This document shows, in pieces, positions 52,176 through 61,733 of a stretch of DNA of 64,000 nt. The first letter of the stretch is position 1, and each line of letters begins with the position of its first letter. The notes beneath the pieces were generated by a model. That model was not told the DNA's origin. It searched no databases and saw only the letters and a program-made list of their open reading frames with translations. The translations under genes were made by a program, and so were the position numbers. Source of the stretch: Candidatus Latescibacterota bacterium. GTDB lineage: Bacteria; Latescibacterota; UBA2968; GCA-2709665. Location of the stretch: the NCBI GenBank assembly GCA_965237675.1, contig OZ250150.1:4576001-4640000 (forward strand), written 5' to 3'.

Positions 52176-53087
52176 CTACTTCCATTCGATCACCGCGGCG
52201 TTGATTCCGCCGCACAGAAGATAGAGCTTGTCCTCGTGAAATACCGGAAAGGGCCAGTGTCCGGACTCCAGCACACAACCCATGTCCTCGTACGGGCCCG
52301 TCACGTCCGATCCCTCCGAGAGCGCCCCAGAAAGCCCGCGGTCATCGTTGAACAGCATCATCCAGCGGTCCCACAGACGGACGAGGATCGACGCGAACGG
52401 CCCCCGGCTGCCCGGCATATTTCCGAGCAACGGTTTTTTCGACAGCCGCCAGTGGATCCCGTCCTCGCTCATCGCCAGACCGGCAACCGTCGTCACGCCG
52501 TTCGCCTGCGCGTTCCACCCGAGACCGTTCCCCTGAAACGTCCCGATGAACATCGGGCCGTCCTTGACCACCCGCACATAGCTCACGCTCTGACCGTACC
52601 AGTGGTTCTTACGGTTCGGATGCGTTGTCATTATGGGGAACACCTTCTGCTCAAAATGGATGCCGTCAGTTGAAGTCGCCAGCGCCGTCGGCTGCCTGCC
52701 GGTGGGGTGGACACCGTGGAAATACATGTAAACTTCCCCGTTATGCATGACGGCCGACGGAGAAGAGATGTGCTTCGTGAACGACGTCGCCGCGAGTTCC
52801 AGCACGGCTCTTCGCCACTTCCATGGTCCAAGCGGGTGCGCGGCCGTCGCGAGCCAGATTTCGGAGCCGTCGTGCGTCGCCACGTAGGCATAGTACGCGT
52901 CGATCGGATCCGGAAGTACACCCGCGGTCGGGATCACCGAGATGTACGTCGCGTCCTGTCCCGCGAACTCCTGTTCGTCCGTCGCCGCCAGCACCGGGTT
53001 TCCCTCGTACTGCACCGCCTTCGGAAGGTGGAACGACATCTGTCCCGCGGCGCTGGCCGCCGTGTACTGAAACGGAAAGGTCTTCAT
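52176..53087 (-). CDS. Five-bladed beta-propeller glycoside-hydrolase-like protein
   Basis: GNPVL, WLATA..PLGPW, HISSPS, ATSTDGIHF and AMSEDGIHW Asp-box-like repeats. Confidence 0.7.
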   Translation of the reverse strand: MKTFPFQYTAASAAGQMSFHLPKAVQYEGNPVLAATDEQEFAGQDATYISVIPTAGVLPDPIDAYYAYVATHDGSEIWLATAAHPLGPWKWRRAVLELAATSFTKHISSPSAVMHNGEVYMYFHGVHPTGRQPTALATSTDGIHFEQKVFPIMTTHPNRKNHWYGQSVSYVRVVKDGPMFIGTFQGNGLGWNAQANGVTTVAGLAMSEDGIHWRLSKKPLLGNMPGSRGPFASILVRLWDRWMMLFNDDRGLSGALSEGSDVTGPYEDMGCVLESGHWPFPVFHEDKLYLLCGGINAAVIEWK

Positions 53088-53119
53088 CTTGTCTACCTCA
53101 CTGTATACGTTGTATACGC

Positions 53120-53773
53120 CTATCTGCCAGCAGTTCCATCCAATAGAAGGGCGTTGACCAGATCGTGAAAAGAATCGTAGATTTCACAGTCCGTGTCCCC
53201 AAACCGAAACCTGTCCTGGTGCCCTTGCAATACGACAATCGGACGGCAGCCCACGGCGCGTGCCACCTCCGCGTCATGGTCCGTGTCGCCTATGAATAGC
53301 GTCACGGATGGATCGAGATTGAAGTCGTCTATCAGATCGCGGCATCTCTGTTCTTTCGACGCAGCCAATCGATCGGAAAGCCCGTACACACCCTTGAAGT
53401 GTTCCTGAATTCCGTGAATACGCACCCATGAAACGACCATTTCTTCTTCGGCAGCCGACAAAACGAACTGATCTATTCCATGTTTTTCCAGGAAATCCAG
53501 CGCCTCCGCGATTCCTGGATTGAGTGAACACGATCCGATACCGGACTGGTACACTCTGTGGAATTCATCAGAAATGGCGCGTTGTTCTTCCGTGTCCAGG
53601 TCGAATCCCAGGTGACGATAGTAATCGGATACGGGAAAACGGAAGATCCGCTTATGTGTCGCTTTGTCGATGGTCGGGAGTTTTCTTCTGTGCAACAGTT
53701 CGTTCATTGAGCGTGTTGCAAGTTGCACGTCATCCAGAATGGTGCCGTTGAAGTCCCAAATGACTGATTTCAT
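53120..53773 (-). CDS. HAD family hydrolase
   Basis: IWDFNGTILDD, VLSA and FIGDTDHD. Confidence 0.9.
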   Translation of the reverse strand: MKSVIWDFNGTILDDVQLATRSMNELLHRRKLPTIDKATHKRIFRFPVSDYYRHLGFDLDTEEQRAISDEFHRVYQSGIGSCSLNPGIAEALDFLEKHGIDQFVLSAAEEEMVVSWVRIHGIQEHFKGVYGLSDRLAASKEQRCRDLIDDFNLDPSVTLFIGDTDHDAEVARAVGCRPIVVLQGHQDRFRFGDTDCEIYDSFHDLVNALLLDGTAGR

Positions 53774-53926
53774 TGCACTCTTATAAAGTTCCCGCACCTA
53801 CGCGAAAAACACATCCGCTCATTGCATACAATCCCCGCCAGCCAACCTCACCAACGGGGATTTGCATACATAGCAAATTCGATTGTATTTAACCGAGTAA
53901 AGCGTCAGAACCTTTCACGTCAGGTG

Positions 53927-54145
53927 TCAGTCATCACCAACATCTTCAGAAAGCGCCGGTCTGTTTTCTCTGGTGACTCGAATCAGGAATCGCAATGCCG
54001 CGTTCACAGAATCAGCGTCTGAAAAAACCTCTGCAACGTCAGGCTCCAATCGGACGACGTGCCTGCCAAAGCTCTTTCGCCCAGAACCAACCTTCCTCAC
54101 CCGCAGGCTTTTCAAATCATACTCGGCCTGCAGTTCATCCTCCAT
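53927..54145 (-). CDS. BrnA-like antitoxin (orphan)
   Basis: DEL.AEYD and VRLEPDVAEVF...SVNAALR. Confidence 0.75.
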   Translation of the reverse strand: MEDELQAEYDLKSLRVRKVGSGRKSFGRHVVRLEPDVAEVFSDADSVNAALRFLIRVTRENRPALSEDVGDD

Positions 54146-54152
54146 TGCCGCC

Positions 54153-54203
54153 TCACCCTTCTTCGAAAGATTCTCGCTCCTTGCGAGTTGCTTCCCTGGC
54201 GCC
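54153..54203 (-). pseudogene. BrnT toxin C-terminal remnant
   Basis: GAREATRKERESFEEG* matches the BrnT tail pattern SARxATxxERxxYE. Confidence 0.65.
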
Positions 54204-54322
54204 AAGCGCATCACCTGTTCCGCAGGACTCTCTTTACAATATAGCCGCGAATACTGATGGCTGCAAGGTCGATCTGCTCGACAGGCGTTGAGGTGCCATT
54301 CCTCGGCAACGCAGTCAAACCA

Positions 54323-54499
54323 TCAGCCGTCGGCTCGCGTCTCGGACCTTTTCTCCGGCATCGAAAAGATAAGCCTTTCTTGATGTTTTTTCTCTCTCTT
54401 GCGAAGTCGTTCTACAATCTGTCCCAAATCGTGGTTGCACTCTCTTTCGATCTGTCTTCGAATGGCAAGAATTTCCTCAACGATCGGATCCTTCCACAT
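54323..54499 (-). CDS. Small antitoxin-like protein (type usually found downstream of PIN toxins)
   Basis: MWKDPIVEEI..IR....ECNHDL; AAGGAG RBS. Confidence 0.6.
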   Translation of the reverse strand: MWKDPIVEEILAIRRQIERECNHDLGQIVERLRKREKKHQERLIFSMPEKRSETRADG

Positions 54500-54948
54500 G
54501 ATTACTCTCCTTCCGGAACCTCTCCTGCTCTCCACATTCCCTGAATGAGAGTTATTATCCACTCCGTCAATTCTTCGACGATTTTCACCTTCTGCCGAAC
54601 CATCCCTCACACGAAAGGGACAATTCCCGACTTAAACGACCACTCCGATCATTCAAAACTTCCACATCTCTGTAAACAAGGCCAATATAGATTACTGGCT
54701 CTTCCAGAGCAAGATTTTCGATCGTTCTGAAGCTCGAATCAACTGGAATGACGCCCCAAGAAGGGTGGATACTCTCCAGACCTGAAAGCCGCTCCTCCAC
54801 AGAGACGAACAGGGCGAAATCGCCTCCTTCAGAGTGGTCGTCCGGACGGCGACATCCATACCTTTCGATTCCATGTGTCCGACCATTGTCTTGCGAGGCG
54901 TCGGTGATAGAAGATATTTTACGAGCCTGAGATGCAATATTAATTCGC

Positions 54949-56235
54949 TTACTTTGTCAAGTTCTTGAGAACTTCAATACCTTTCTTCAGAATCGGATCT
55001 GCTGATTCGTTGTAGCCCTCCACAACTGGATCGATAAGCACAGAGGGAGTATATTCGCTTCTCGACGATCCCACGAATTCCCTCGACGCCGAATCACCCT
55101 TCAACGTTCCATTGAAGATCTTCTGTTTGGCACACTGAAATCCGAGTCCCGTATGGGGCATCCGCATCGTGTAGACCGAACCCTCCAATCCTGCCATCTT
55201 CGTTCCAACGACAGTCGCTCGATCGATCGCATCCAGGCTGATTGCCAGGCCCTCACCGGCGCTCCCGGTCCAGCGATTCACCAGAACGACGGTAGGCTGT
55301 TTGTACTGCCACTCACCTCTGGGTTTGACACGGCTCAGAAAGGGGGCTCCGTTTCGAGGCACGGTCTTCTGATAAACACGCTCCCGGTCGATCAGACGTC
55401 CGATAATCCCTTCAACAATCCCAGTGTTGCCGCCGCCGACTCTGCGCAGGTCAAGTATCAATCCCGAAGTGTCGCGCAACTCTTGCAGCGAGGAGTCGAA
55501 TTGTTCCAGGAGTCGACGGTCTACCAGGGTACCGTTGATGATCACGTAGCCAATTCGAGGATTGAGAATCCGGAAATCGAGTCTCGATCGGTGTTGGGAT
55601 CCATATGCAATATCAAACTGATCGGGCGGGATGGAGACTCGACTGATCTCGCCCCGGTGTCCGACTTCAATGGTCCTTGTCTGATTTCGACTTCCCGCCA
55701 GGACTTTCCTTAGCGTCCAACCCTCTATCGCCTCGTTGACCTGGACAAACGACCTGCCCGTCCGTTTTCGGACAGCGTCTTCTATCGGCATGCCATTAAA
55801 GCGAAGAATCTCCATCCCCGGACAAAGACCCGCGGCATCGGCGGGAAACCCCGGACGGATTCCCGTTATGATCGTTTTCCCGTCCTTCCATTCGGCCCAA
55901 ATGTCGGTCCGCGACGGGACGATGTTCGGAGAAGATGCCGTATGTGTTTTCAGATGAATGTGGTCATCGTACAGTTCCTCCAGGGCTCTCTCCAGCAACG
56001 CGATAAACTCCGATTTGGAGGCGATCGATCGGACTTGCGGCCGGTAGATTTCTCTGACTCGATTCCAGTCCGTCAGCTTTTCGTCAAAATAGGCATAGTC
56101 CGTCCTGAACGTCTCCCACAAAAAATCAAAGTCCTCTTCATATTGTTCCGCAGGCAGGTCGTTCTGTGCGAACGCGATGGAAAAGCTGAGGAAGTTTAAA
56201 GTCAGCAGAGCACAAAGGATCAATGCGAAAAGCAT
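54949..56235 (-). CDS. S41 family peptidase (PDZ + tail-specific protease domain)
   Basis: Signal peptide; LILDLR..GGG, LVNRWTGSAGE and VVGTKMAG. Confidence 0.9.
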   Translation of the reverse strand: MLFALILCALLTLNFLSFSIAFAQNDLPAEQYEEDFDFLWETFRTDYAYFDEKLTDWNRVREIYRPQVRSIASKSEFIALLERALEELYDDHIHLKTHTASSPNIVPSRTDIWAEWKDGKTIITGIRPGFPADAAGLCPGMEILRFNGMPIEDAVRKRTGRSFVQVNEAIEGWTLRKVLAGSRNQTRTIEVGHRGEISRVSIPPDQFDIAYGSQHRSRLDFRILNPRIGYVIINGTLVDRRLLEQFDSSLQELRDTSGLILDLRRVGGGNTGIVEGIIGRLIDRERVYQKTVPRNGAPFLSRVKPRGEWQYKQPTVVLVNRWTGSAGEGLAISLDAIDRATVVGTKMAGLEGSVYTMRMPHTGLGFQCAKQKIFNGTLKGDSASREFVGSSRSEYTPSVLIDPVVEGYNESADPILKKGIEVLKNLTK

Positions 56236-56353
56236 AGTATATAAGCCGGTGTTTCGGTGTGGTGGGTGAGTATGGTCTTAACCTGATTAATTCATGAATT
56301 GTCACGGATAGCGGTATCAGGAAGCAGAAACAGCTTCCGAGTGAATCGAGAAA

Positions 56354-56653
56354 GTGAAGTCGGCGCGTGGTTTTCGGGCTGACATGTTAGAAGAAGAACG
56401 ACAGCTCTGGCGAGACCTGCGAGACCTACCCCCTAACCCCCTTCCTGAGAGGAAGGGGGAACCGTTGGATTGGCTGAAGACGTTTCCATTGTTGAAAAAA
56501 TCCCGGCGAAATATTGTAATAGGTCAGCGTGTTGCGATCGAGAAAGTGACGAGATGACATTCTCCGATCAATCAGAGCGTAAAAAAACAGTATTTACGCA
56601 ACGCTTGGTTCAACTCCCCCTCTCCTCGCAGGAGACGGGGCCAGGGGGAGAGG
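56354..56653 (+). pseudogene. DUF559 (Vsr-like endonuclease) relics with inverted G/C-tract hairpin repeats
   Basis: ARGFRADMLEEERQLWRDLR and RNIVIGQRVAIEKV resemble DUF559 N-termini; inverted hairpins at 56425-56460 and 56615-56653. Confidence 0.55.
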
Positions 56654-56948
56654 TCCTCACTAAAGACTCGCGAAAAGGATTCTGTGATGATTATCTTGAG
56701 CCTCCACGCCAGGTTGCTCCAGGTTCATTGTTATAAGGTTAATTAAGTAACCAGAATACAATGACTTGAGCAAGGAGCCTTCCTTTTGTGTGAATTAAAG
56801 AGGTTTTTTGGCTGAAAATCGTCAAGCCACGTCGCCGTATTCGGCTCTTTCAGTGCCCGATACAGCGGGTGGTTGACAAGCCCGAATTCCAAGGGGGCGC
56901 AGAACGAAGATGATCGTTGGACGACCCGGCGAAGGTGCCACGACCGGG

Positions 56949-57494
56949 TCAGTTCAGGAGTATTGTGTCCCGGACCCGAAGGATTTCGCATTCCGTGAAC
57001 ATACCTTCTTGGTACGTCAATCTTACACCTTCGCAATAGTTGCACGAAGGCCCCCAGACTCCATGGTCCGCATCGGGAAGGCAACCGACCGCACTGGCTT
57101 CGACAAAACCTCCGTGAGAGATTACGAGAGCCCGGCCGCCGTCCGGGAGCGACCGGGCGACGTCGCGGTGGAATTCAGCCAGTTCTCTGGCGAAGTTGGC
57201 GACGACGCTATCCGGATGTTGACGAATATAGGCAGAGTATCCGCCAAAGCCAGCGTCGAAAGGTATCTCCACGTCCGAAGGCATGGACGCCAGCAGTTCA
57301 AACTGACGGTCGACGGCAAATCCCATGGCAATGCTCGTCTCGAACGCGCGCGGGACAGGACTGGTATAAACCTTGTCGAATCTCGCCATTCCCGCGCCAA
57401 CCCGCCTGGCAAGGTCAACGCCGGCCTGCGAGAGATGCTGACCGGGTTTCGTTCTCATGGAGTGTCGTCGATGCTCAATGAATCTGGCGGGCAT
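56949..57494 (-). CDS. Histidine phosphatase family protein
   Basis: RRHS, VYTSPVPRAFET and LVISHGG. Confidence 0.85.
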   Translation of the reverse strand: MPARFIEHRRHSMRTKPGQHLSQAGVDLARRVGAGMARFDKVYTSPVPRAFETSIAMGFAVDRQFELLASMPSDVEIPFDAGFGGYSAYIRQHPDSVVANFARELAEFHRDVARSLPDGGRALVISHGGFVEASAVGCLPDADHGVWGPSCNYCEGVRLTYQEGMFTECEILRVRDTILLN

Positions 57495-57629
57495 TCGCGG
57501 AACCTTGTTAGGAGACTGTTCTGTCGTCTGCGTCGCGCGGCGATTCAGCGCACTCGTACCTCGATGGGCTTGCGCGAGGATTGGCCGGGAGCCCATCCGG
57601 GTGTGTTTTACGTAGTCGAAACGAACGCG

Positions 57630-58373
57630 TTACGTGACCGTGAAGATAGCGTCAGGCAACTCAGATAGGGATCCGATGGTGAGATCAAAATGGTCCGATC
57701 CCGCGCCGCCCACCTTGACCGTCTTTGCGCCAAGCTTCCTGGCGGCCAGAAGCGGGCTGTCGTCATCATCCACAACGATTGAAACTTCCGGCAAGGCCCC
57801 GACCTCCTTCAGAATCCTGGCGTGGAAAGTTCTGTGCCCCTTGTGATAGCCGACCAAATCAGATCCGAAGGGTTTACCTATCAGTTCACGAACACCCATT
57901 CCGGACAGCAAGGTCTCTACGACCCAGGAGGGATTGCCCGATGCGGTATGGATTTCGAAGTTTTTCGCCAGGGCCTTGATGGCCGCTCCGGATCCCGGAA
58001 AAACCGCATTGGTGTTCAGATACACGTTGGTGAGTGCGCGTTCGGCAGCGTCTACACGCTCCTCGAAAGTGCACGGCGCCTCGACTCCAACTTCATCACA
58101 CAGTTGCAAGACCCACTCGGCATGGAGACGGTCCCACCATCGGGAAAGATTCAGTCTTCGCAATCCCAATTCCTCCCTGTACTCTTCGTTTCCGTTATTC
58201 CAGACCCTCAGCCATAGCCTTTCCTGATGCTCAGCCCAGATATCGGTGTCTCCACCCAGCAGTTCGCTGAACGCGGCGCCGGCTAGCCTGCTGCTCTCCG
58301 ATTCCCATTTGGCGTTATCGAGGATCACCCCGTCAACATCCAGAAAGAGAAACCTGAGATCGTCCTGGCTCAT
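57630..58373 (-). CDS. HAD family hydrolase
   Basis: FLDVDGVILD, TASG and VVDDD. Confidence 0.85.
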   Translation of the reverse strand: MSQDDLRFLFLDVDGVILDNAKWESESSRLAGAAFSELLGGDTDIWAEHQERLWLRVWNNGNEEYREELGLRRLNLSRWWDRLHAEWVLQLCDEVGVEAPCTFEERVDAAERALTNVYLNTNAVFPGSGAAIKALAKNFEIHTASGNPSWVVETLLSGMGVRELIGKPFGSDLVGYHKGHRTFHARILKEVGALPEVSIVVDDDDSPLLAARKLGAKTVKVGGAGSDHFDLTIGSLSELPDAIFTVT

Positions 58374-58438
58374 TTTATCTCTCGTTTCGCATCGAAGGCA
58401 CGAAGCAGTATGGTCATCACCAACGCGTCTAACACCAA

Positions 58439-59308
58439 TCAGCCCGCTTTCCGGAAAAACGCCATCAGATCTTTACGCACCCGCGCGCTTCTGTGGACAA
58501 CGCTGTGAGGTTCTTCCGGATACATCCGGAATTCGGCGCCGGGGATCTTCGTTGCCAGATCCTTGCCCCAATCCACGGGAACTTCCCGGTCCCTGGCTCC
58601 GTGAACCACAAGGGTGGGCGCCTTTATACGACCGCATTCGACAGTTAAATCTCTGTCAAGGTACGCGTCAATCGATCTCAACTGGGTCCCGTACCACTCA
58701 ATGCGTTCCTGGAAGCTGGAATTGGCCACAAGCTTTTTAACTCGCTCCTCGTATTCCGCCAGCGTTCCACGCTCCTCCATCTCGTCGCGTTCCCAGAGAA
58801 CGTCGAGAGAAAGTTCGACACCTTCCGGCCGGCACTTCCACGCCGATGCAGCACCCTGTTTATAAAGGATTTCCAACTGTCTCTTGACGATCCGGGTAAC
58901 AGGGTCGTCGTCTGGCCAGAGATGCGCCGCGGTCCCGGCCAATACGAGTGTATTGACTCGCTCGGGATACATCGTTGCAAACAGGATTGCAATCGGACCC
59001 CCGGCGGAGGAACCGATGACGTGCACGCTTTCGATATCGAGGTGGTCCAGCAGTTCGGCCAGGTCACGCGCCTGGTTCTCCAGGTCGTAACCGGACTCCG
59101 GACGAGCAGACAGCCAACAGCCCCGGCGATCGGACATTACAAAGCGGAATTCCGATGTGAAATCCATCTCCCAACCCCACCCACCGCTCGAATCGGCGCG
59201 GAGATGCATGTCGAGAGAGGGAAATCCTCCGTGGATGAACACGATGACCTCGCCGTCCCCGCGGACGTCGTAGAACATCCTGAAACCGTTTATTGTAGCA
59301 TATGGCAT
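58439..59308 (-). CDS. Alpha/beta hydrolase
   Basis: FIHGG, DRRGC, GSSAGG and VHGARD. Confidence 0.9.
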   Translation of the reverse strand: MPYATINGFRMFYDVRGDGEVIVFIHGGFPSLDMHLRADSSGGWGWEMDFTSEFRFVMSDRRGCWLSARPESGYDLENQARDLAELLDHLDIESVHVIGSSAGGPIAILFATMYPERVNTLVLAGTAAHLWPDDDPVTRIVKRQLEILYKQGAASAWKCRPEGVELSLDVLWERDEMEERGTLAEYEERVKKLVANSSFQERIEWYGTQLRSIDAYLDRDLTVECGRIKAPTLVVHGARDREVPVDWGKDLATKIPGAEFRMYPEEPHSVVHRSARVRKDLMAFFRKAG

Positions 59309-59327
59309 GATCGTTCTCGCGATACCT

Positions 59328-59732
59328 TCACGACCTCCTGGTTTTCAGATGCCCGATGATCTTTCGATCCGCCTCGAATGCCATGTCCGCCGGCGGCTGC
59401 CCAAGAGGAAACAGCTCGACTTGAGCGGCATCGTCTCCGGCAACGAAGTCGCCCCCTTTTTCCTTGACCAGGAAATAGACGCCAACGACGCTTCGCTCAG
59501 GCGAGTGATGTGTCGAGACCACGTCCACGACGTCACCTGCTTCCACGTCCAGGCCCGTCTCTTCCTTGATCTCGCGTTGTACGGCCGTTCGAACGTCCTC
59601 GCCAACCTCGACGTTACCGCAAGGGATACACCATTTGCCCCTGTATGCCCCGTATTTCCGGCGAATCAGAACGATTCGATTGCCTCTGAGAATCACCCCG
59701 GCGACGCCCGCTTTCACGAAATGCGATGACAT
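59328..59732 (-). CDS. NUDIX hydrolase
   Basis: GNVEVGEDVRTAVQREIKEETGL, AGDDA and AFEAD. Confidence 0.9.
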   Translation of the reverse strand: MSSHFVKAGVAGVILRGNRIVLIRRKYGAYRGKWCIPCGNVEVGEDVRTAVQREIKEETGLDVEAGDVVDVVSTHHSPERSVVGVYFLVKEKGGDFVAGDDAAQVELFPLGQPPADMAFEADRKIIGHLKTRRS

Positions 59733-59981
59733 CGATGAACGCTCCCGCGTATATTCGCCATTGGACCAGTAACGGTCTCCAATTCGCATTTCTTATGTGT
59801 CGTTATTGTGGGGAGCACCTTATCGTTTACATCATCCTCATCTGTAGCGGAGGAAAAGTGTCAACCATTTGCCGCTCCTGGTATTGTGCAAGAGGCATAC
59901 CTGGACATTCAGGGTCCCGACTCAGCATTGGCCGGAAAATCCGTTTACGGCTCAATGACGGTCGTTGGCTGCGTTGGCTGT

Positions 59982-60224
59982 GCTAAGCCTGTCGAAGCAA
60001 GCCTGTCGAGGGACGGTATAATATCTCCCCTCCCCACGCCGGGGAGGGGCCGGGGGAGGGGTCGCCATCCGGGTGCGAGCCTGACCCGATCTGCACGCTG
60101 CTTGCGCTGTGTTCGTTGAGCTTGTCGAAACGGCCCGTCGAAGCGCGTTCATTGAGCTTGTCGAAATGCGCGTTTCGTTACCCTTCGACAGCCCTTCGGC
60201 AAGCTCAGAGCGCCGACTCAGGGC
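59982..60224. repeat. Nested TGAGCYTGTCGAA hairpins plus a G/C-tract hairpin
   Basis: At least six full or split units; CCCCTCCCC..GGGGAGGGG at 60027. Confidence 0.8.
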
Positions 60225-60361
60225 ATTGATGCGATACCCGTCCGTAGCGCTCGAAGATCTCCACCGCAACACTCCTGTCAAGTCCTGCCGTAGCCGGGAC
60301 CGCTCGTGGCGGATGACCCGATTCGGGGCCTGATTCGGCGGGTCGGTCGGGCACGCGGGCA

Positions 60362-61453
60362 TCAGAAGTGGTCGGGCGCCCAGAAAATGACCTCGCGGCG
60401 GGGGAACCACTCCTCCAGTTGACGAACTTCCCCGGCCTCCAGCGAGATCCCGCGGGCGCGAAGGATGGATTCCAAATCGCGGCCGGAGGACTCGCCGAAC
60501 AGGAGCCGACACGTCAGATCGGCCGGCAGCCTTGGCGCCAACTCCGCCGCTTCGGGCACGGCCCTGGCGATCAGCGAACCGGGGTCGAAGGGCAGGGCCA
60601 TCATCGAGTTGTTGCCAGTGAGTCTCAGATCGGCGTCAGCAGCAGCAACCAGTGCGTCGACAAACGGGTGGCCGTGGGGGATCTCGCCCTGGATCTGCAT
60701 CACCCCGGCCTCTGCGCACTCGTCGAGCAGGAACTGCACAAGGGCATCAAGGGCCGGGCCGCTCTCGAAAGCGACCTCATACACCCTGGCGCCGTCGTCA
60801 CCTCTCTCCCAGTTGATATACCCGCAGAGTCCCACGGGGCCACGGACGACGGTAGTGGGCAGCACGCCCCGCACACGGGAGGGTGCGTAGTCCCAGTACG
60901 GACGCGGACGCAACATGCTACCGCTGCGACCGGCGTTGTGACGCTGATAGAGCGCTACCGTCTCCTTCAGGTCGCGGCTCTCGTCGAAAGGCAGGACCTC
61001 AAGCGCGGACCGCCCCGGCTGCGGAGGACGGCGCAACTCTGCGTGAAAACCCATCAGCGGCACGCAACACCAGCCGAGGCGCCGGTAGAAGCGTGCCGGG
61101 ATCCCTGTGGACAGCAGACCCAGGTCGTAGGCATCGTCGCGCATGTACTCCGCCGCGTGCTCCATCAGCCGCGTGGCGATGCCGCGTTCCCGGTAGTCGG
61201 GATGAGTGGTGACGCCGCCGATGCCGCCCATGCGGACGGGCGTGGCGCCAACGTGGACCCGGCGGTCCCAGATGCGCAGCGTCGATACAATCCGGCTTCC
61301 GACAACGACAACGGGTGTGTGTGACGGGCTCCAGGTCGGATCGCCTTCGATGTAGCCTCGGTAGCGCTCGCGGCCCCGGGGGTTGTGCACTGCGCAGAGC
61401 AGGTCGAGGAGTTCTTCGAGTTCCGACTCGCGGATGGGGCGAATCTCTTCCAT
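60362..61453 (-). CDS. Eis-like tandem GNAT acetyltransferase
   Basis: MGGIGGVTTHPDYRERGIA and FYRRLGW; second GNAT-like domain. Confidence 0.85.
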   Translation of the reverse strand: MEEIRPIRESELEELLDLLCAVHNPRGRERYRGYIEGDPTWSPSHTPVVVVGSRIVSTLRIWDRRVHVGATPVRMGGIGGVTTHPDYRERGIATRLMEHAAEYMRDDAYDLGLLSTGIPARFYRRLGWCCVPLMGFHAELRRPPQPGRSALEVLPFDESRDLKETVALYQRHNAGRSGSMLRPRPYWDYAPSRVRGVLPTTVVRGPVGLCGYINWERGDDGARVYEVAFESGPALDALVQFLLDECAEAGVMQIQGEIPHGHPFVDALVAAADADLRLTGNNSMMALPFDPGSLIARAVPEAAELAPRLPADLTCRLLFGESSGRDLESILRARGISLEAGEVRQLEEWFPRREVIFWAPDHF

Positions 61454-61505
61454 AGTATCCTTTTTAAACCAACGAGCGCAGCCGCCGCAGCGCGGCGCCC
61501 TGCTG

Positions 61506-61625
61506 TCACCCGTCGATTGTCAGCGACAATCCGTCAAATGCGATTCTGTCCCCATGTGCGGCGGCAAACCTGTCCAATTCATCGTGATTCAGGTATCCTT
61601 CGTGCGAAATGTGGGTCGCGTAAGC
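61506..61625 (-). pseudogene. C-terminal remnant of an MBL-fold hydrolase (PhnP-like)
   Basis: ATHISH....HDEL...IAFDGL. Confidence 0.5.
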
Positions 61626-61733
61626 GTGTGCGCGGCTGATGTGCCAAGAAACGTGACTTGCATCACTTAACCAGTTTTCGTTGTCGTGCAAGAGCAATGC
61701 TTACCCAGTCTCCGTCGTGGCGCATGGCAAGGC

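Noticed and set aside
59982-60224. CRISPR interpretation of the TGAGCYTGTCGAA clusters
   Set aside because: Mixed orientations, irregular spacing, nesting and dispersal across the window.
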